DNA of 32,596 nt from Lentimicrobium sp. (GCA_022758945.1 JAEMQE010000062.1:1-32596), one strand, 5' to 3'; shown: positions 9,054 to 20,922, numbered from the stretch's first letter. Made by a program: numbers and translations. The notes: generated by a model from the letters alone, not told the origin.

Positions 9054-9064
9054 TCTTTAAGAAA

Positions 9065-9370
9065 ATGAGTCAAAAAATCAGAATAAAACTAAAATCTTAC
9101 GATTACATGTTAGTAGATAAGTCTGCTGAGAAAATCGTAAAAACCGTAAAAAGCACTGGAGCAGTAGTAACAGGACCAATTCCGTTACCAACTCATAAAA
9201 AACTTTTTACCGTTCTACGTTCTCCACACGTTAACAAAAAAGCGAGAGAGCAATTTGAAGTAATGTCATACAAGAGATTAATTGACATTTATTCATCATC
9301 ATCAAAAACAATTGATGCTTTGATGAAATTAGAATTGCCAAGTGGTGTTGAAGTAGAAATCAAAGTATAG
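9065..9370 (+). CDS. rpsJ: 30S ribosomal protein S10
   Basis: [31 protein letters not shown]. Confidence 0.99.
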   Translation: MSQKIRIKLKSYDYMLVDKSAEKIVKTVKSTGAVVTGPIPLPTHKKLFTVLRSPHVNKKAREQFEVMSYKRLIDIYSSSSKTIDALMKLELPSGVEVEIKV

Positions 9371-9473
9371 GTATATTGTATTTAATTCTGCACTGTAAAT
9401 TGTATTAGGATATTTCTTAATACAATTTGCATTGTATAATATGCAATTTTTTAATAATTAATAAATAATAATT

Positions 9474-10091
9474 ATGTCTGGGTTAATTGGTAGAAAAATC
9501 GGCATGACTAGCATTTTCGACGAAAACGGGAAGAATATTCCTTGTACAGTAATCGAAGCTGGACCATGCGTTGTTACCCAAGTCAGAACCAAAGGTGTTG
9601 ACGGGTACGAAGCGTTGCAACTTGGTTTCGATGACAAAAACGAGAAACATTCCACAAAAGCGGCCGTTGGTCACTTTGCGAAAGCAGGAACTGTAGCTAA
9701 GAAAAAAGTCGTTGAATTCCAAAATTTTGCAACAGAACAAAAATTAGGAGACGTTATAGACGTTTCAATGTTTGTAGAAGGAGAATTTGTAGATGTACAA
9801 GGTGTATCTAAAGGTAAAGGTTTTCAAGGGGTTGTGAAACGTCACGGTTTTGGTGGTGTAGGACAAGCAACTCACGGTCAACACAACCGTTTAAGAGCGC
9901 CAGGTTCTGTAGGAGCTTCTTCTTATCCATCTAGAGTATTCAAAGGAATGCGTATGGCTGGACGTATGGGAGGCGAAAATGTAAACGTTCAAAACCTTAG
10001 AGTTTTAAAAGTAGTGACTGAAAAGAACCTACTTGTTATTAAAGGATGTGTTCCTGGATGTAACAACTCTTATGTAATCATTCACAAGTAA
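9474..10091 (+). CDS. rplC: 50S ribosomal protein L3
   Basis: [29 protein letters not shown]. Confidence 0.99.
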   Translation: MSGLIGRKIGMTSIFDENGKNIPCTVIEAGPCVVTQVRTKGVDGYEALQLGFDDKNEKHSTKAAVGHFAKAGTVAKKKVVEFQNFATEQKLGDVIDVSMFVEGEFVDVQGVSKGKGFQGVVKRHGFGGVGQATHGQHNRLRAPGSVGASSYPSRVFKGMRMAGRMGGENVNVQNLRVLKVVTEKNLLVIKGCVPGCNNSYVIIHK

Positions 10092-10720
10092 TGGAAGCAA
10101 AAGTATTAGATTTCAACGGAAAAGATACTGGAAGAAAAGTACAACTTTCTGATTCAGTATTCGCAATTGAACCAAATAATCACGCAGTATACCTTGATGT
10201 TAAGCAATATCTTGCTAATCAAAGACAAGGAACGCACAAAGCAAAAGAAAGAGCTGAAGTAGCGGGAAGTACTCGTAAGATTAAAAAACAAAAAGGAACT
10301 GGAACTGCTCGTGCGGGTAGTGCAAAGAATCCATTGTTTAAAGGTGGTGGAACAGTTTTCGGACCAAGACCAAGAAGTTATTCATTCAAATTGAATAAAA
10401 GCTTGAAACGTCTAGCAAGAAAATCTGCTTTCTCAATTAAAGCAAAAGAAGCAAATATAATTGTTCTTGAAGACTTCAATTTTGAAACACCAAACACTAA
10501 GAATTTCATCAATGTATTGAAAGCTTTAGGGTTGGAAGATAAAAAATCTTTATTTGTGTTGGGCGATTCGAATAAAAATGTATATTTGTCGTCACGCAAT
10601 TTAAAGGCATCTAAAGTGATAAGTAGCTCAGAATTAAGCACTTATGACATCTTAAACACTAATAGTTTAGTGCTTTTGGAAGGTTCTTTAGAGGTAATTG
10701 AAGAAAATTTAAGCAAATAA
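10091..10720 (+). CDS. rplD: 50S ribosomal protein L4
   Basis: RQGTHKAKERAEVAGSTRK...QKGTGTARAG; TAATG coupling to rplC. Confidence 0.99.
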   Translation: MEAKVLDFNGKDTGRKVQLSDSVFAIEPNNHAVYLDVKQYLANQRQGTHKAKERAEVAGSTRKIKKQKGTGTARAGSAKNPLFKGGGTVFGPRPRSYSFKLNKSLKRLARKSAFSIKAKEANIIVLEDFNFETPNTKNFINVLKALGLEDKKSLFVLGDSNKNVYLSSRNLKASKVISSSELSTYDILNTNSLVLLEGSLEVIEENLSK

Positions 10721-10726
10721 TAGGAT

Positions 10727-11017
10727 ATGAGCATCATAATTAAACCTATAGTAACAGAAAAAGTAACCAAAGAAAGTGAAGTTTTAAACCGCTTTGGATT
10801 CTTCGTTGACAAAAAAGCAAACAAAGTGCAAATTAAGAAAGCTGTTGAAGCTGCTTATGGAGTAACTATTTTGAGTGTCAATACGATGAATGTAAGACCG
10901 GATAGAACTACAAAATACACTAAAAGTGGTCTTATCAGTGGAAAGACGAATGCTGCTAAAAAAGCATTTGTACAAGTACAAGAAGGAGAAACAATTGATT
11001 TTTACAACAATATCTAA
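10727..11017 (+). CDS. rplW: 50S ribosomal protein L23
   Basis: IIKPIVTEK, ANKVQIKKAVE, KKAFV; operon position. Confidence 0.98.
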   Translation: MSIIIKPIVTEKVTKESEVLNRFGFFVDKKANKVQIKKAVEAAYGVTILSVNTMNVRPDRTTKYTKSGLISGKTNAAKKAFVQVQEGETIDFYNNI

Positions 11018-11026
11018 GATAGAAAA

Positions 11027-11851
11027 ATGTCAGTAAGAAAATTAAAACCTATTACCCCAGGTCAGCGATTTAGAGTTGTGAATGGTTATGACGCCATTAC
11101 AACTGATAAGCCGGAACGCTCTTTGATAGCGCCGATAAAAAACTCTGGAGGTAGAAATAGTCAAGGAAAGATGACCATGCGTTATACGGGTGGTGGTCAC
11201 AAGCAGAGATATCGTATCATTGATTTCAAACGTACAAAAGAAGGAATTCCAGCTACAGTGAAATCAATCGAATATGATCCAAATCGTACTGCGTTTATCG
11301 CATTGTTAGCTTATGCTGATGGTGAGAAAACATACATTATTGCTCAAAACGGATTGAAAGTTGGTCAGAAATTAGTTTCTGGTCCAGAATCTCAACCTGA
11401 AATAGGGAATACTTTACCATTAAGCAGAATTCCATTAGGAACTGTAATATCTTGTATCGAATTGAGACCAGGACAAGGAGCTGTAATCGCTCGTTCTGCT
11501 GGAACATTCGCGCAATTAATGGCAAGAGACGGAAAATATGCTACAATTAAAATGCCTTCTGGAGAAACAAGATTAATCTTGTTGACTTGTTCGGCTACCA
11601 TTGGAGCGGTTTCTAACTCAGACCACCAATTAGTTGTATCTGGTAAAGCAGGTAGAACAAGATGGTTAGGAAGAAGACCTAGAACAAGACCAGTAGCAAT
11701 GAACCCTGTCGATCACCCAATGGGTGGTGGTGAAGGACGTTCTTCTGGAGGACATCCACGATCTAGAAACGGTATACCTGCTAAAGGTTATAGAACACGT
11801 TCTAAGAAAAACCCGAGTAACAAGTATATTGTAGAACGTAGAAAGAAATAA
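11027..11851 (+). CDS. rplB: 50S ribosomal protein L2
   Basis: [26 protein letters not shown]. Confidence 0.99.
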   Translation: MSVRKLKPITPGQRFRVVNGYDAITTDKPERSLIAPIKNSGGRNSQGKMTMRYTGGGHKQRYRIIDFKRTKEGIPATVKSIEYDPNRTAFIALLAYADGEKTYIIAQNGLKVGQKLVSGPESQPEIGNTLPLSRIPLGTVISCIELRPGQGAVIARSAGTFAQLMARDGKYATIKMPSGETRLILLTCSATIGAVSNSDHQLVVSGKAGRTRWLGRRPRTRPVAMNPVDHPMGGGEGRSSGGHPRSRNGIPAKGYRTRSKKNPSNKYIVERRKK

Positions 11852-11857
11852 TAAGAT

Positions 11858-12136
11858 ATGGCACGTTCATTAAAAAAAGGACCTTTCGTTCATTATAAGT
11901 TAGACAAGAAAGTTCAGGAAAACATAGAAAAAGGTAGTAAAGGAGTAGTTAAGACTTGGTCTAGAGCTTCTATGATTACCCCTGACTTTGTTGGACAAAC
12001 AATCGCAGTTCATAACGGTCGTCAATTTGTACCAGTTTACGTAACTGAAAACATGGTAGGTCACAAATTAGGAGAGTTTTCACCAACTCGATCTTTTAGA
12101 GGTCATGCTGGAGCAAAAAATAAAGGTAAAAAATAA
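11858..12136 (+). CDS. rpsS: 30S ribosomal protein S19
   Basis: [24 protein letters not shown]. Confidence 0.99.
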   Translation: MARSLKKGPFVHYKLDKKVQENIEKGSKGVVKTWSRASMITPDFVGQTIAVHNGRQFVPVYVTENMVGHKLGEFSPTRSFRGHAGAKNKGKK

Positions 12137-12142
12137 GAAGCA

Positions 12143-12556
12143 ATGGGAGTTCGTAAAAGAGAAACAGCAGATGCAAGAAAAGAGGCTAACAAGTCATTGG
12201 CTTTTGCAAAATTGAATAACTGCCCTACTTCACCTAGAAAAATGCGCTTAGTAGCAGATCTAGTAAGAGGTCAGAAGGTAGAAAGAGCACTAAATATTTT
12301 AAGATTTAGTTCTAAAGAAGCTTCAAGAAAATTAGAAAAATTGGTTTTATCTGTAATTGCCAACTGGCAAGCAAAAAACCCAGACGCTAATATGGAAGAA
12401 GCAGGCTTATTCGTAAAAACTATCACTGTAGATGGTGGAATGATGTTGAAAAGACTTCGTCCAGCTCCACAAGGTAGAGCACACAGAATTAGAAAACGTT
12501 CAAACCACGTAACAATCGTGTTAGGGGCTATTAATGATAACACACAAGCAAAATAA
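12143..12556 (+). CDS. rplV: 50S ribosomal protein L22
   Basis: [31 protein letters not shown]. Confidence 0.99.
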   Translation: MGVRKRETADARKEANKSLAFAKLNNCPTSPRKMRLVADLVRGQKVERALNILRFSSKEASRKLEKLVLSVIANWQAKNPDANMEEAGLFVKTITVDGGMMLKRLRPAPQGRAHRIRKRSNHVTIVLGAINDNTQAK

Positions 12557-12562
12557 TTAAAG

Positions 12563-13324
12563 ATGGGACAAAAGACAAATCCAATTGGAAATAGACTTGG
12601 TATCATCAGAGGATGGGACTCTAACTGGTATGGTGGAAATGATTACGGTGATAAACTTGCCGAAGATTTCAAAATCAGAAAGTATATCCATGCTCGTTTA
12701 TCAAAAGCTAGTGTATCAAAAGTAATCATCGAGAGAACTTTGAAACTTGTAACCGTTACTATCACTACTGCTAGACCTGGTATTATTATCGGAAAAGGTG
12801 GCCAAGAGGTAGACAAGTTGAAAGAAGAACTTAAGAAAGTTACTGACAAAGAGGTTCAAATCAACATCTTTGAAATTAAAAGACCTGAACTTGACGCGTA
12901 TCTAGTTGCTACAAGCATCTGTCGTCAAATCGAAAGCCGTATTTCTTACAGACGTGCAATCAAAATGGCTATTGCTGCTACAATGCGTATGAACGCAGAG
13001 GGTATCAAAGTTTTGATTTCTGGTCGTTTGAATGGTGCTGAGATGGCGCGTTCAGAGGGTTTCAAAGAAGGTAGAATTCCTCTATCAACTTTCAGAGCCG
13101 ACATCGATTATGCTCTAGCTGAAGCTCATACTACTTATGGTAGAATGGGGATCAAAGTATGGATCATGAAAGGTGAAGTTTATGGAAAGAGAGATCTTTC
13201 TCCACTTGCGGGAATGGATAAAAAACAATCCGGAACTGGTGGTGGTAAAGGTGGCGATTCTCCGAGAGGAGACAGAAAACCTTTTAATAAAGGTGGAAAA
13301 CCAGACGCTCGTAAGAGAAAGTAA
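12563..13324 (+). CDS. rpsC: 30S ribosomal protein S3
   Basis: [37 protein letters not shown]. Confidence 0.99.
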   Translation: MGQKTNPIGNRLGIIRGWDSNWYGGNDYGDKLAEDFKIRKYIHARLSKASVSKVIIERTLKLVTVTITTARPGIIIGKGGQEVDKLKEELKKVTDKEVQINIFEIKRPELDAYLVATSICRQIESRISYRRAIKMAIAATMRMNAEGIKVLISGRLNGAEMARSEGFKEGRIPLSTFRADIDYALAEAHTTYGRMGIKVWIMKGEVYGKRDLSPLAGMDKKQSGTGGGKGGDSPRGDRKPFNKGGKPDARKRK

Positions 13325-13343
13325 ATTTTTAAATTAAAGAAAA

Positions 13344-13769
13344 ATGTTACAGCCTAAAAGAACAAAATACCGTAAGGTACAAAAGGGTAAAATGAAAGGA
13401 AACTCTCAAAGAGGGCACGAACTTTCTAATGGAATGTTTGGTATTAAATCTGTTCATGAAGATGGAATGTTCTTAACCTCACGTCAAATCGAAGCTGCAC
13501 GTATCGCTGCAACTCGTTATATGAAAAGAGAAGGACAATTATGGATTAAAATATTTCCAGACAAACCTATCACAAAGAAACCTCTTGAGGTACGTATGGG
13601 TAAAGGTAAAGGTGCAGTCGAGTATTGGGCGGCCATTGTTAGACCCGGAAGAATAATGTTTGAAGTTGGAGGAGTTCCTTTGTCAGTTGCAAAAGAGGCG
13701 TTACGTCTTGCAGCTCAAAAACTTCCAGTAAAAACAAAATTCATCGTTGCTAGAGATTTCGAAGCATAA
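13344..13769 (+). CDS. rplP: 50S ribosomal protein L16
   Basis: [23 protein letters not shown]. Confidence 0.99.
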   Translation: MLQPKRTKYRKVQKGKMKGNSQRGHELSNGMFGIKSVHEDGMFLTSRQIEAARIAATRYMKREGQLWIKIFPDKPITKKPLEVRMGKGKGAVEYWAAIVRPGRIMFEVGGVPLSVAKEALRLAAQKLPVKTKFIVARDFEA

Positions 13770-13782
13770 TTAATTATATATT

Positions 13783-13974
13783 ATGAAACAATCAGAAATA
13801 AAAGATCTTTCTGCAGCTGAGTTGCAAGAAAAATTGAACCAAACGAAGAAAGCATATGCTGACTTAAAAATGGCTCACGCTATTTCTCCAATTGAAAACC
13901 CGCTTCAAATTAGAAGCGTAAGAAGAACAGTTGCAAGATTAGCTACAGAACTTACTAAAAGAGAATTACAATAA
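13783..13974 (+). CDS. rpmC: 50S ribosomal protein L29
   Basis: 63 aa, [16 protein letters not shown]; operon position. Confidence 0.97.
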   Translation: MKQSEIKDLSAAELQEKLNQTKKAYADLKMAHAISPIENPLQIRSVRRTVARLATELTKRELQ

Positions 13975-13982
13975 TTCTAAAG

Positions 13983-14243
13983 ATGGAAGAAAAAAGAAAT
14001 TTAAGAAAAGAAAGAGTTGGGGTTGTTACTTCAGACAAAATGGATAAATCCATTGTTGTTGCACAAGTAACAAAAGTAAAGCACCCACTATACGGTAAGT
14101 TCGTGTTGAAAACTAAAAAGTATCATGCACACGACGAAAATAACGACTGCAACATTGGTGACACTGTAAGGATTAGCGAAACGCGTCCTTTAAGTAAAAC
14201 AAAATGTTGGAGGTTAGTTGAAATCATTGAAAGAGCTAAATAA
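13983..14243 (+). CDS. rpsQ: 30S ribosomal protein S17
   Basis: [26 protein letters not shown]. Confidence 0.99.
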   Translation: MEEKRNLRKERVGVVTSDKMDKSIVVAQVTKVKHPLYGKFVLKTKKYHAHDENNDCNIGDTVRISETRPLSKTKCWRLVEIIERAK

Positions 14244-14245
14244 TT

Positions 14246-14614
14246 ATGGTACAACAAGAATCAAGACTAAAAGTAGCAGATAATACGGGAGCAAAAGAAG
14301 TTTTAACTATCCGTGTTTTAGGAGGTACCAAAAGAAGGTATGCCTCTGTTGGTGACAAGATTGTAGTTTCTATCAAAGATGCTGCTCCTAACGGAAACGT
14401 TAAAAAAGGATCGGTTTCAACTGCAGTTGTTGTACGTACTAAAAAAGAAGTGAGAAGAGCCGATGGTTCTTATATCCGTTTCGATGACAATGCATGTGTT
14501 CTTTTGAACGCTGCAGGAGAAATGAGGGGAACTCGTGTTTTTGGTCCAGTAGCAAGAGAACTTCGTGAAAAACAATTCATGAAAATTGTATCATTAGCAC
14601 CAGAAGTGCTTTAA
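14246..14614 (+). CDS. rplN: 50S ribosomal protein L14
   Basis: [29 protein letters not shown]. Confidence 0.99.
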   Translation: MVQQESRLKVADNTGAKEVLTIRVLGGTKRRYASVGDKIVVSIKDAAPNGNVKKGSVSTAVVVRTKKEVRRADGSYIRFDDNACVLLNAAGEMRGTRVFGPVARELREKQFMKIVSLAPEVL

Positions 14615-14624
14615 TTATTTTAAG

Positions 14625-14939
14625 ATGATAAAGCTAAAAATAAAATCAGGAGACATCGTAAGAGTAATTGCCGGAGACCATAAAGGTGCCGAAGGTAAAG
14701 TTATACGTGTTTACCGTGAGAAAAATAAAGCAATTGTTGAAGGTGTAAACATGGTTTCAAAACACACGAAACCAAGTGCAAAAAGCCCTCAAGGTGGTAT
14801 TGTAAAAAAAGAAGCTTCTATACAAATTTCTAACATCTCTCTTATTGATCCTAAAACTAAGGAAACAACTAGAGTTGGTATTAGAGTTGAAGGAGATAAG
14901 AAAGTGAGATTTTCAAAAAAATCTAATCAAGTACTATAG
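14625..14939 (+). CDS. rplX: 50S ribosomal protein L24
   Basis: KOW motif [26 protein letters not shown]. Confidence 0.99.
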   Translation: MIKLKIKSGDIVRVIAGDHKGAEGKVIRVYREKNKAIVEGVNMVSKHTKPSAKSPQGGIVKKEASIQISNISLIDPKTKETTRVGIRVEGDKKVRFSKKSNQVL

Positions 14940-14941
14940 TA

Positions 14942-15493
14942 ATGGCATATATACCTAGACTAAAAGAAGAGTATAAGAACAGAGTAATCTCTGCTCTTAA
15001 AGAGGAATTCGGATACAAAAACGTAATGGAAGTTCCAAAATTGGAAAAAATCGTTTTGAGTAAAGGAGTTGGTGCAGCTGTATCTGATAAAAAACTAATT
15101 GACTATGCAGTCGATGAGTTGACAAAGATCACTGGACAGAAAGCAGTTTCTACCATTTCAAAGAAAGACGTTGCGTCATTCAAATTGAGAAAAGGAATGC
15201 CTATTGGAGCAAAAGTTACTTTGCGCGGAGAAAGAATGTATGAGTTTTTAGATAGACTTGTAACTTCTGCTTTGCCACGTGTTAGAGATTTCAGTGGAAT
15301 TAAAGCTACTGGTTTTGACGGAAGAGGAAATTACAATCTTGGTGTTTTAGAGCAAATCATTTTTCCTGAAATTGATATTGACAAAGTAAATAAAATATCT
15401 GGAATGGACATTACTTTTGTAACTTCTGCAGCTACGGACAAAGAAGCAAAATCGTTATTGGCTGAATTAGGTTTACCTTTTAAAAAGAATTAA
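14942..15493 (+). CDS. rplE: 50S ribosomal protein L5
   Basis: [31 protein letters not shown]. Confidence 0.99.
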   Translation: MAYIPRLKEEYKNRVISALKEEFGYKNVMEVPKLEKIVLSKGVGAAVSDKKLIDYAVDELTKITGQKAVSTISKKDVASFKLRKGMPIGAKVTLRGERMYEFLDRLVTSALPRVRDFSGIKATGFDGRGNYNLGVLEQIIFPEIDIDKVNKISGMDITFVTSAATDKEAKSLLAELGLPFKKN

Positions 15494-15496
15494 GAC

Positions 15497-15766
15497 ATGG
15501 CTAAAGAATCAATGAAAGCCCGCGAGGTGAAGAGAGAAAAAACGGTAGCGAAGTATGCTGAGAAAAGAAAAGCTTTGAAAGAAGCTGGAGATTCTGTAGG
15601 TTTGCAAAAATTACCAAAAAATGCTTCACCAGTACGTTTGCACAATCGTTGCAAATTAACAGGTAGACCAAGAGGATATATTCGTCAATTCGGTATTTCA
15701 CGTGTAACATTCCGTGAAATGGCTAACAACGGATTAATTCCAGGAGTTAAAAAAGCTTCTTGGTAA
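15497..15766 (+). CDS. rpsN: 30S ribosomal protein S14 (89-aa form without a full zinc ribbon)
   Basis: [20 protein letters not shown]; only one Cys. Confidence 0.99.
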   Translation: MAKESMKAREVKREKTVAKYAEKRKALKEAGDSVGLQKLPKNASPVRLHNRCKLTGRPRGYIRQFGISRVTFREMANNGLIPGVKKASW

Positions 15767-15839
15767 TCAAACATTTATAAATTGGTTTCAGGTTCAATAG
15801 AATAGTTCTTTTGAAAACCGTTGCCACAAATTAATACAT

Positions 15840-16238
15840 ATGTATACAGATCCTATTGCAGATTATTTGACGAGAGTTAGAAACGCTGTGGCTGCAAACC
15901 ACAAAGTTGTCGAAATTCCAGCATCTAATCTAAAAAAAGAAATAACTAAGATCTTATTTGATCAAGGATATATCTTAAGTTACAAATTTGAAGACAACTC
16001 GGTTCAGGGTTCAATCAAAATCGCTTTGAAGTATGATAAAGATACTAAAGAGTCCGTAATTAAAGATATCCAAAGAATTAGTAAACCAGGTTTACGTAAG
16101 TATTCAGGTTCTTCAAACATTCCAAGAATCCTTAACGGATTAGGAATTGCAATTGTCTCCACTTCAAAAGGTCTTATGACTGGGAAACAAGCTAAGCAAT
16201 TAAATGTAGGTGGTGAAGTAATTTGTTACGTATACTAA
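15840..16238 (+). CDS. rpsH: 30S ribosomal protein S8
   Basis: [31 protein letters not shown]. Confidence 0.99.
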   Translation: MYTDPIADYLTRVRNAVAANHKVVEIPASNLKKEITKILFDQGYILSYKFEDNSVQGSIKIALKYDKDTKESVIKDIQRISKPGLRKYSGSSNIPRILNGLGIAIVSTSKGLMTGKQAKQLNVGGEVICYVY

Positions 16239-16256
16239 TTAAAAGACTTATAAGAG

Positions 16257-16799
16257 ATGTCAAGAATAGGTAAAAATCCCGTTGTAATCCCTGCCGGAGT
16301 AACTGTTGAAGTTGCAAATGGTATCATTACAGTAAAAGGAAAAAATGGTCAACTTACACAGGAATATTCAGATGTGACTGTAACAGTTGAAGGAGATCAT
16401 GTTCAAGTGGACAGATCATCTGATCACAAAGACCAAAGAGCAAAACACGGTTTATACAGATCTTTAATCAATAATATGATTATCGGTGTAACGGAAGGTT
16501 TTACAAAATCATTGGAATTAGTAGGAGTAGGTTATAGAGCTTCAAATCAAGGACAAAGATTAGATTTAGCTCTTGGATATTCTCACAATATTATTTTAGA
16601 AGTAGCTCCAGAAGTTGTTTTGGAAACTATATCTGAAAAAGGTAAAAACCCAATTGTGAAATTAACATCATTAGACAAACAACTTTTAGGTCAGGTAGCT
16701 GCGAAAATCAGAGGTTTCCGCAAACCAGAACCGTACAAAGGAAAAGGTGTTAAATTTGTAGGTGAAGTATTAAGAAGAAAAGCAGGTAAATCAGCGTAA
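16257..16799 (+). CDS. rplF: 50S ribosomal protein L6
   Basis: [22 protein letters not shown]. Confidence 0.99.
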   Translation: MSRIGKNPVVIPAGVTVEVANGIITVKGKNGQLTQEYSDVTVTVEGDHVQVDRSSDHKDQRAKHGLYRSLINNMIIGVTEGFTKSLELVGVGYRASNQGQRLDLALGYSHNIILEVAPEVVLETISEKGKNPIVKLTSLDKQLLGQVAAKIRGFRKPEPYKGKGVKFVGEVLRRKAGKSA

Positions 16800-16810
16800 A
16801 AAATAACATT

Positions 16811-17161
16811 ATGTCATTAACAAAACCTGAAAGAAGACAGAGAATCAGATTCAGAATTAGAAAAACAATTAGTGGTACTGCTACTAATCCAAGACTTTCT
16901 GTATTTAGAAGTAACAAAGAAATTTATGCTCAACTTATTGATGACGTAAACGGAGTTACTTTATTAGCTGCTTCTTCAAGAGAGAAAGAAATAGAAAAAG
17001 GTACAAACGTAGAAGTTGCAACAGCAGTTGGAAAACTTGTTGCAGAAAAAGCGTTAAAAGCTGGGATAGAAACTGTAACTTTCGATAGAGGAGGTTATTT
17101 ATATCACGGTCGTATTAAATCATTAGCGGAAGGCGCGAGAGCGGCTGGACTTAAATTCTAA
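16811..17161 (+). CDS. rplR: 50S ribosomal protein L18
   Basis: [21 protein letters not shown]. Confidence 0.99.
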   Translation: MSLTKPERRQRIRFRIRKTISGTATNPRLSVFRSNKEIYAQLIDDVNGVTLLAASSREKEIEKGTNVEVATAVGKLVAEKALKAGIETVTFDRGGYLYHGRIKSLAEGARAAGLKF

Positions 17162-17167
17162 TATAGT

Positions 17168-17695
17168 ATGTCTAATAGTAAATACAAGAATGTAGAGCTA
17201 GTAAAACCAAGTGGTCTTGAATTGAAAGATCGTTTGGTAAGTGTAAATCGTGTTACTAAAGTTACAAAAGGTGGTAGAGCATTTGGTTTTTCTGCTATTG
17301 TAGTGGTAGGTGATGAAAATGGAGTAGTGGGTCACGGATTAGGAAAATCTAAAGACGTTTCTGAAGCAATTGCGAAAGCAGTAGAAGATGCAAAGAAAAA
17401 TCTAGTTAAGATTCCTTTGAATGGTCAATCTGTTCCTCACGAACAAAAAGGTAAATTTGGTGGAGCACGTGTTTTTTTAATTCCAGCCTCTCATGGTACA
17501 GGAGTTATTGCAGGTGGAGCTGTTCGTTCAGTACTTGAGTCAGTTGGAATACACGATGTATTGTCAAAATCTCAAGGATCATCAAATCCTCACAACGTGG
17601 TAAAAGCAACTTTTGATGCTTTATTACAAATGAGAAGTGCTTATACTGTTGCAAAACAAAGAGGCGTTTCTTTAGAAAAAGTTTTTAAAGGTTAA
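17168..17695 (+). CDS. rpsE: 30S ribosomal protein S5
   Basis: [18 protein letters not shown]. Confidence 0.99.
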   Translation: MSNSKYKNVELVKPSGLELKDRLVSVNRVTKVTKGGRAFGFSAIVVVGDENGVVGHGLGKSKDVSEAIAKAVEDAKKNLVKIPLNGQSVPHEQKGKFGGARVFLIPASHGTGVIAGGAVRSVLESVGIHDVLSKSQGSSNPHNVVKATFDALLQMRSAYTVAKQRGVSLEKVFKG

Positions 17696-17707
17696 TTCAA
17701 GGAAATT

Positions 17708-17890
17708 ATGGCTAAATTATTAGTAAAACAAGTTAGAAGCAAAATCAATTGTCCTCTTACTCAAAAAAGAGGTTTGGAAGCTTTAGGTCTACGTAAAATG
17801 GGTCAGGTTGTAGAACATGATTCAAATCCAACTATCCTTGGAATGATAAATAAAGTTAAACACTTAGTTTCTGTTGAAGAAACTAAATAA
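17708..17890 (+). CDS. rpmD: 50S ribosomal protein L30
   Basis: 60 aa, [16 protein letters not shown]. Confidence 0.98.
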   Translation: MAKLLVKQVRSKINCPLTQKRGLEALGLRKMGQVVEHDSNPTILGMINKVKHLVSVEETK

Positions 17891-17900
17891 CAAATACGTT

Positions 17901-18353
17901 ATGAATTTAAGTAACTTACAACCTGCTGAAGGGTCAACACACAATCAAAATAAAAGATTAGGTAGAGGAGAAGGTTCTGGAAAAGGTGGTACTGCATCAC
18001 GTGGTCACAAAGGAGCAAAATCTCGTTCTGGGTATTCTAAAAAGATTGGTTTTGAAGGTGGTCAAATGCCACTTCAAAGACGTGTGCCTAAGTTTGGTTT
18101 CACAAACATCAATCGTAAAGAATACGAAGGTGTAAATCTTGATACGCTTCAATTATTAGTGGATAATGGTATTGTAACAAATGCAGTTGATATGACTGTT
18201 TATGTTGCTAATCGTTTGGCTACTAAAAATGAAATCGTTAAGATTTTAGGAAGAGGAGAATTGAAAGCAAAATTAACAGTAACCGCTCACAAATTTACTG
18301 CTACTGCAAAAGCCGCTATTGAAGCTGCTGGTGGAGAAGCTGTAACTATTTAA
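17901..18353 (+). CDS. rplO: 50S ribosomal protein L15
   Basis: [23 protein letters not shown]. Start moved from the track's TTG at 17874 (inside rpmD) to ATG at 17901. Confidence 0.98.
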   Translation: MNLSNLQPAEGSTHNQNKRLGRGEGSGKGGTASRGHKGAKSRSGYSKKIGFEGGQMPLQRRVPKFGFTNINRKEYEGVNLDTLQLLVDNGIVTNAVDMTVYVANRLATKNEIVKILGRGELKAKLTVTAHKFTATAKAAIEAAGGEAVTI

Positions 18354-18366
18354 TTTTCCGATTAAG

Positions 18367-19713
18367 ATGAAGAAATTTATTGAATCACTAATTAATGTTT
18401 GGAAAATCGAGGAACTAAAAAATAGAATCCTAATCACTTTAGGTATTCTTTTAGTTTATCGTTTTGGAGCTCACGTTACTCTTCCGGGTATTGATGCTAC
18501 GCAATTAACAGGTTTAGCAGGGCAAACTAAAAACGGACTGGGTTCTATCCTGGATATGTTTACCGGTGGTGCTTTTTCTAAAGCTTCTGTTTTTGCTTTA
18601 GGTATTATGCCTTATATTTCTGCTTCGATTGTGGTTCAGTTAATGGGAATTGCGATTCCATATTTGCAAAAATTGCAAAGCGACGGAGAAAGCGGAAGAA
18701 AGAAAATCAATCAAATTACCCGTTGGTTAACAATAGGTATAACATTGGTTCAAGGACCAGGGTATATCTACAATCTATACAGAACATTACCTAGTAGTGC
18801 ATTCTTGTTAGGATTTAATTCTGTTGAATTTGTATTTTCTTCAGTAGTTATTTTGACAACAGGTACAATATTCGCTATGTGGTTAGGTGAGAAAATCACT
18901 GATAAAGGAATAGGAAACGGAATATCACTATTGATTATGGTTGGTATTTTGGCTAGATTGCCACAAGCTTTTATCCAAGAATTTGCTGCCAGAGTTACTA
19001 ATAATAACGGTGGTCCAATGTTATTGGTTGTAGAAATTATTGTTTGGTTATTAGTAATCATCGCTTGTATATTGTTAGTAATGGCAATTAGAAAAATCCC
19101 AGTTCAGTATGCACGTCGTACAACATCTGGTGATTTTGAAAAAGATATGATGGGTGGAAACAGACAATGGATTCCATTAAAATTAAATGCTTCTGGTGTT
19201 ATGCCAATCATTTTTGCGCAAGCAATTATGTTTATTCCTGCTGCTGTAGCAGGATTGTCAAAATCAGATGCTTCACAATCAATCGTTGGTGCTTTTAGTA
19301 ATATGTTCGGATTTTGGTACAACTTAGTTTTTGCAACACTTATTGTTGTGTTTACTTTCTTTTATACTGCAATCACTGTTCCTACTAATAAAATGTCTGA
19401 TGATTTAAAAAGAAGTGGCGGTTTCATTCCAGGTGTTAGACCAGGAAACGAAACATCTGACTTTCTTGACAAAGTGATGTCTTTAATCACATTTCCAGGC
19501 TCTTTATTTCTTGCTTTAATAGCTGTGTTCCCAGCAATTGTAGTTAGTCTTATGGATGTTCAACAATCTTGGGCAATGTTTTTTGGAGGTACATCATTGA
19601 TAATTATGGTTGGTGTCGCAATAGATACTATTCAGCAAATCAATTCATACTTGTTGAACAAACATTATGATGGTCTAATGAAAAGTGGGAAAAATAGAAA
19701 AGCAGTAGCTTAA
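18367..19713 (+). CDS. secY: Preprotein translocase subunit SecY
   Basis: [42 protein letters not shown]. Confidence 0.99.
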   Translation: MKKFIESLINVWKIEELKNRILITLGILLVYRFGAHVTLPGIDATQLTGLAGQTKNGLGSILDMFTGGAFSKASVFALGIMPYISASIVVQLMGIAIPYLQKLQSDGESGRKKINQITRWLTIGITLVQGPGYIYNLYRTLPSSAFLLGFNSVEFVFSSVVILTTGTIFAMWLGEKITDKGIGNGISLLIMVGILARLPQAFIQEFAARVTNNNGGPMLLVVEIIVWLLVIIACILLVMAIRKIPVQYARRTTSGDFEKDMMGGNRQWIPLKLNASGVMPIIFAQAIMFIPAAVAGLSKSDASQSIVGAFSNMFGFWYNLVFATLIVVFTFFYTAITVPTNKMSDDLKRSGGFIPGVRPGNETSDFLDKVMSLITFPGSLFLALIAVFPAIVVSLMDVQQSWAMFFGGTSLIIMVGVAIDTIQQINSYLLNKHYDGLMKSGKNRKAVA

Positions 19714-19717
19714 TCTT

Positions 19718-19933
19718 ATGGCAAAACAATCAGCAATAGAACAAGACGGATCAATAATTGAAGCATTATCAAATGCTATGTTCCGTGTTGAGTTAGAAAA
19801 TGGACATATTGTAATTGCTCATATATCTGGAAAAATGCGTATGCATTATATCAAATTATTACCTGGTGATAAAGTGAAACTAGAAATGAGTCCTTACGAT
19901 TTGTCAAAAGCAAGAATTACTTATAGATATTAA
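19718..19933 (+). CDS. infA: Translation initiation factor IF-1
   Basis: [30 protein letters not shown]. Confidence 0.99.
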   Translation: MAKQSAIEQDGSIIEALSNAMFRVELENGHIVIAHISGKMRMHYIKLLPGDKVKLEMSPYDLSKARITYRY

Positions 19934-19944
19934 AGATATTCAAA

Positions 19945-20061
19945 ATGAAAGTAAGAGCATCAGTTAAAAAAAGAAGTGCCGAGTGCAAAATTGTACGAAG
20001 AAAAGGCAGATTATACGTAATCAACAAAAAGAATCCTAGATTTAAACAAAGACAAGGATAA
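19945..20061 (+). CDS. rpmJ: 50S ribosomal protein L36
   Basis: Below the track length cutoff. Manual translation: [38 protein letters not shown] (38 aa). Confidence 0.98.
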   Translation: MKVRASVKKRSAECKIVRRKGRLYVINKKNPRFKQRQG

Positions 20062-20063
20062 TT

Positions 20064-20438
20064 ATGGCAAGAATAGCAGGGGTAGACATCCCAAAAAACA
20101 AAAGAGGAGTTATCGCTTTAACCTACATCTTCGGAATTGGTAGAAGTAGAGCAGTTGAGATTTTAGAAAAAGCTCAAGTTAGCCAAGATACAAAAGTGCA
20201 AGATTGGAATGATGACGAAATTCACGCAATTCGTGAGGCAGTATCATTCTTTAAAATTGAAGGTGAACTACGTTCAGAAGTTTCCTTAAACATCAAACGT
20301 TTAATGGATATTGGATGTTATAGAGGTATCCGTCATAGATCTGGTCTTCCATTAAGAGGGCAAAGAACTAAGAACAACTCTAGAACAAGAAAAGGAAAAA
20401 GAAAAACTGTTGCCAACAAGAAAAAAGCAACTAAATAA
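20064..20438 (+). CDS. rpsM: 30S ribosomal protein S13
   Basis: [28 protein letters not shown]. Confidence 0.99.
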   Translation: MARIAGVDIPKNKRGVIALTYIFGIGRSRAVEILEKAQVSQDTKVQDWNDDEIHAIREAVSFFKIEGELRSEVSLNIKRLMDIGCYRGIRHRSGLPLRGQRTKNNSRTRKGKRKTVANKKKATK

Positions 20439-20446
20439 TAAGTAAT

Positions 20447-20830
20447 ATGGCTAAAGCAACTGCAAAAAAACGTAAAGTTATCGTTGAATCAACGGGAGAA
20501 GCTCATATTTCTGCTACCTTCAATAACATCATCATTTCTTTGACAAACAAAAAAGGTGAAGTTATTTCTTGGTCATCAGCTGGTAAAATGGGTTTCAGAG
20601 GTTCTAAAAAGAACACTCCGTATGCAGCCCAAATGGCAGCAGAAGATTGTAGTAAAGTAGCGTTAGAAGCTGGACTTAAAAAAGTAAAAGTGTATGTAAA
20701 AGGACCAGGAAACGGACGTGAGTCTGCTATCAGATCTTTACATAATGGTGGAATTGAAGTTACTGAGATTATCGATGTTACTCCAATGCCTCACAACGGA
20801 TGTCGTCCTCCTAAAAGACGTAGAGTTTAA
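20447..20830 (+). CDS. rpsK: 30S ribosomal protein S11
   Basis: [27 protein letters not shown]. Confidence 0.99.
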   Translation: MAKATAKKRKVIVESTGEAHISATFNNIIISLTNKKGEVISWSSAGKMGFRGSKKNTPYAAQMAAEDCSKVALEAGLKKVKVYVKGPGNGRESAIRSLHNGGIEVTEIIDVTPMPHNGCRPPKRRRV

Positions 20831-20857
20831 TACTCAAAATTTAATTATAGTATAACT

Positions 20858-20909
20858 AGATTGAATAACGATTATCGAAGGATAAGACCTGAATTCATAA
20901 TCTCAATCT
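20858..20909 (+). promoter_or_regulatory. Structured RNA leader of rpsD (candidate S4 autoregulatory ribosomal leader)
   Basis: Nested stems AGATTGA/TCAATCT and GATTAT/ATAATC, ending 13 nt before the rpsD ATG. Position fits my recollection of the S4-Flavobacteria r-leader; not verified. Confidence 0.65.
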
Positions 20910-20922
20910 TAAACAATTTAAA

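Noticed and set aside
9054-9064. No tuf after fusA, and no adk or map after secY
   Set aside because: Usual gene order for Flavobacteria as far as I know; not a lesion.
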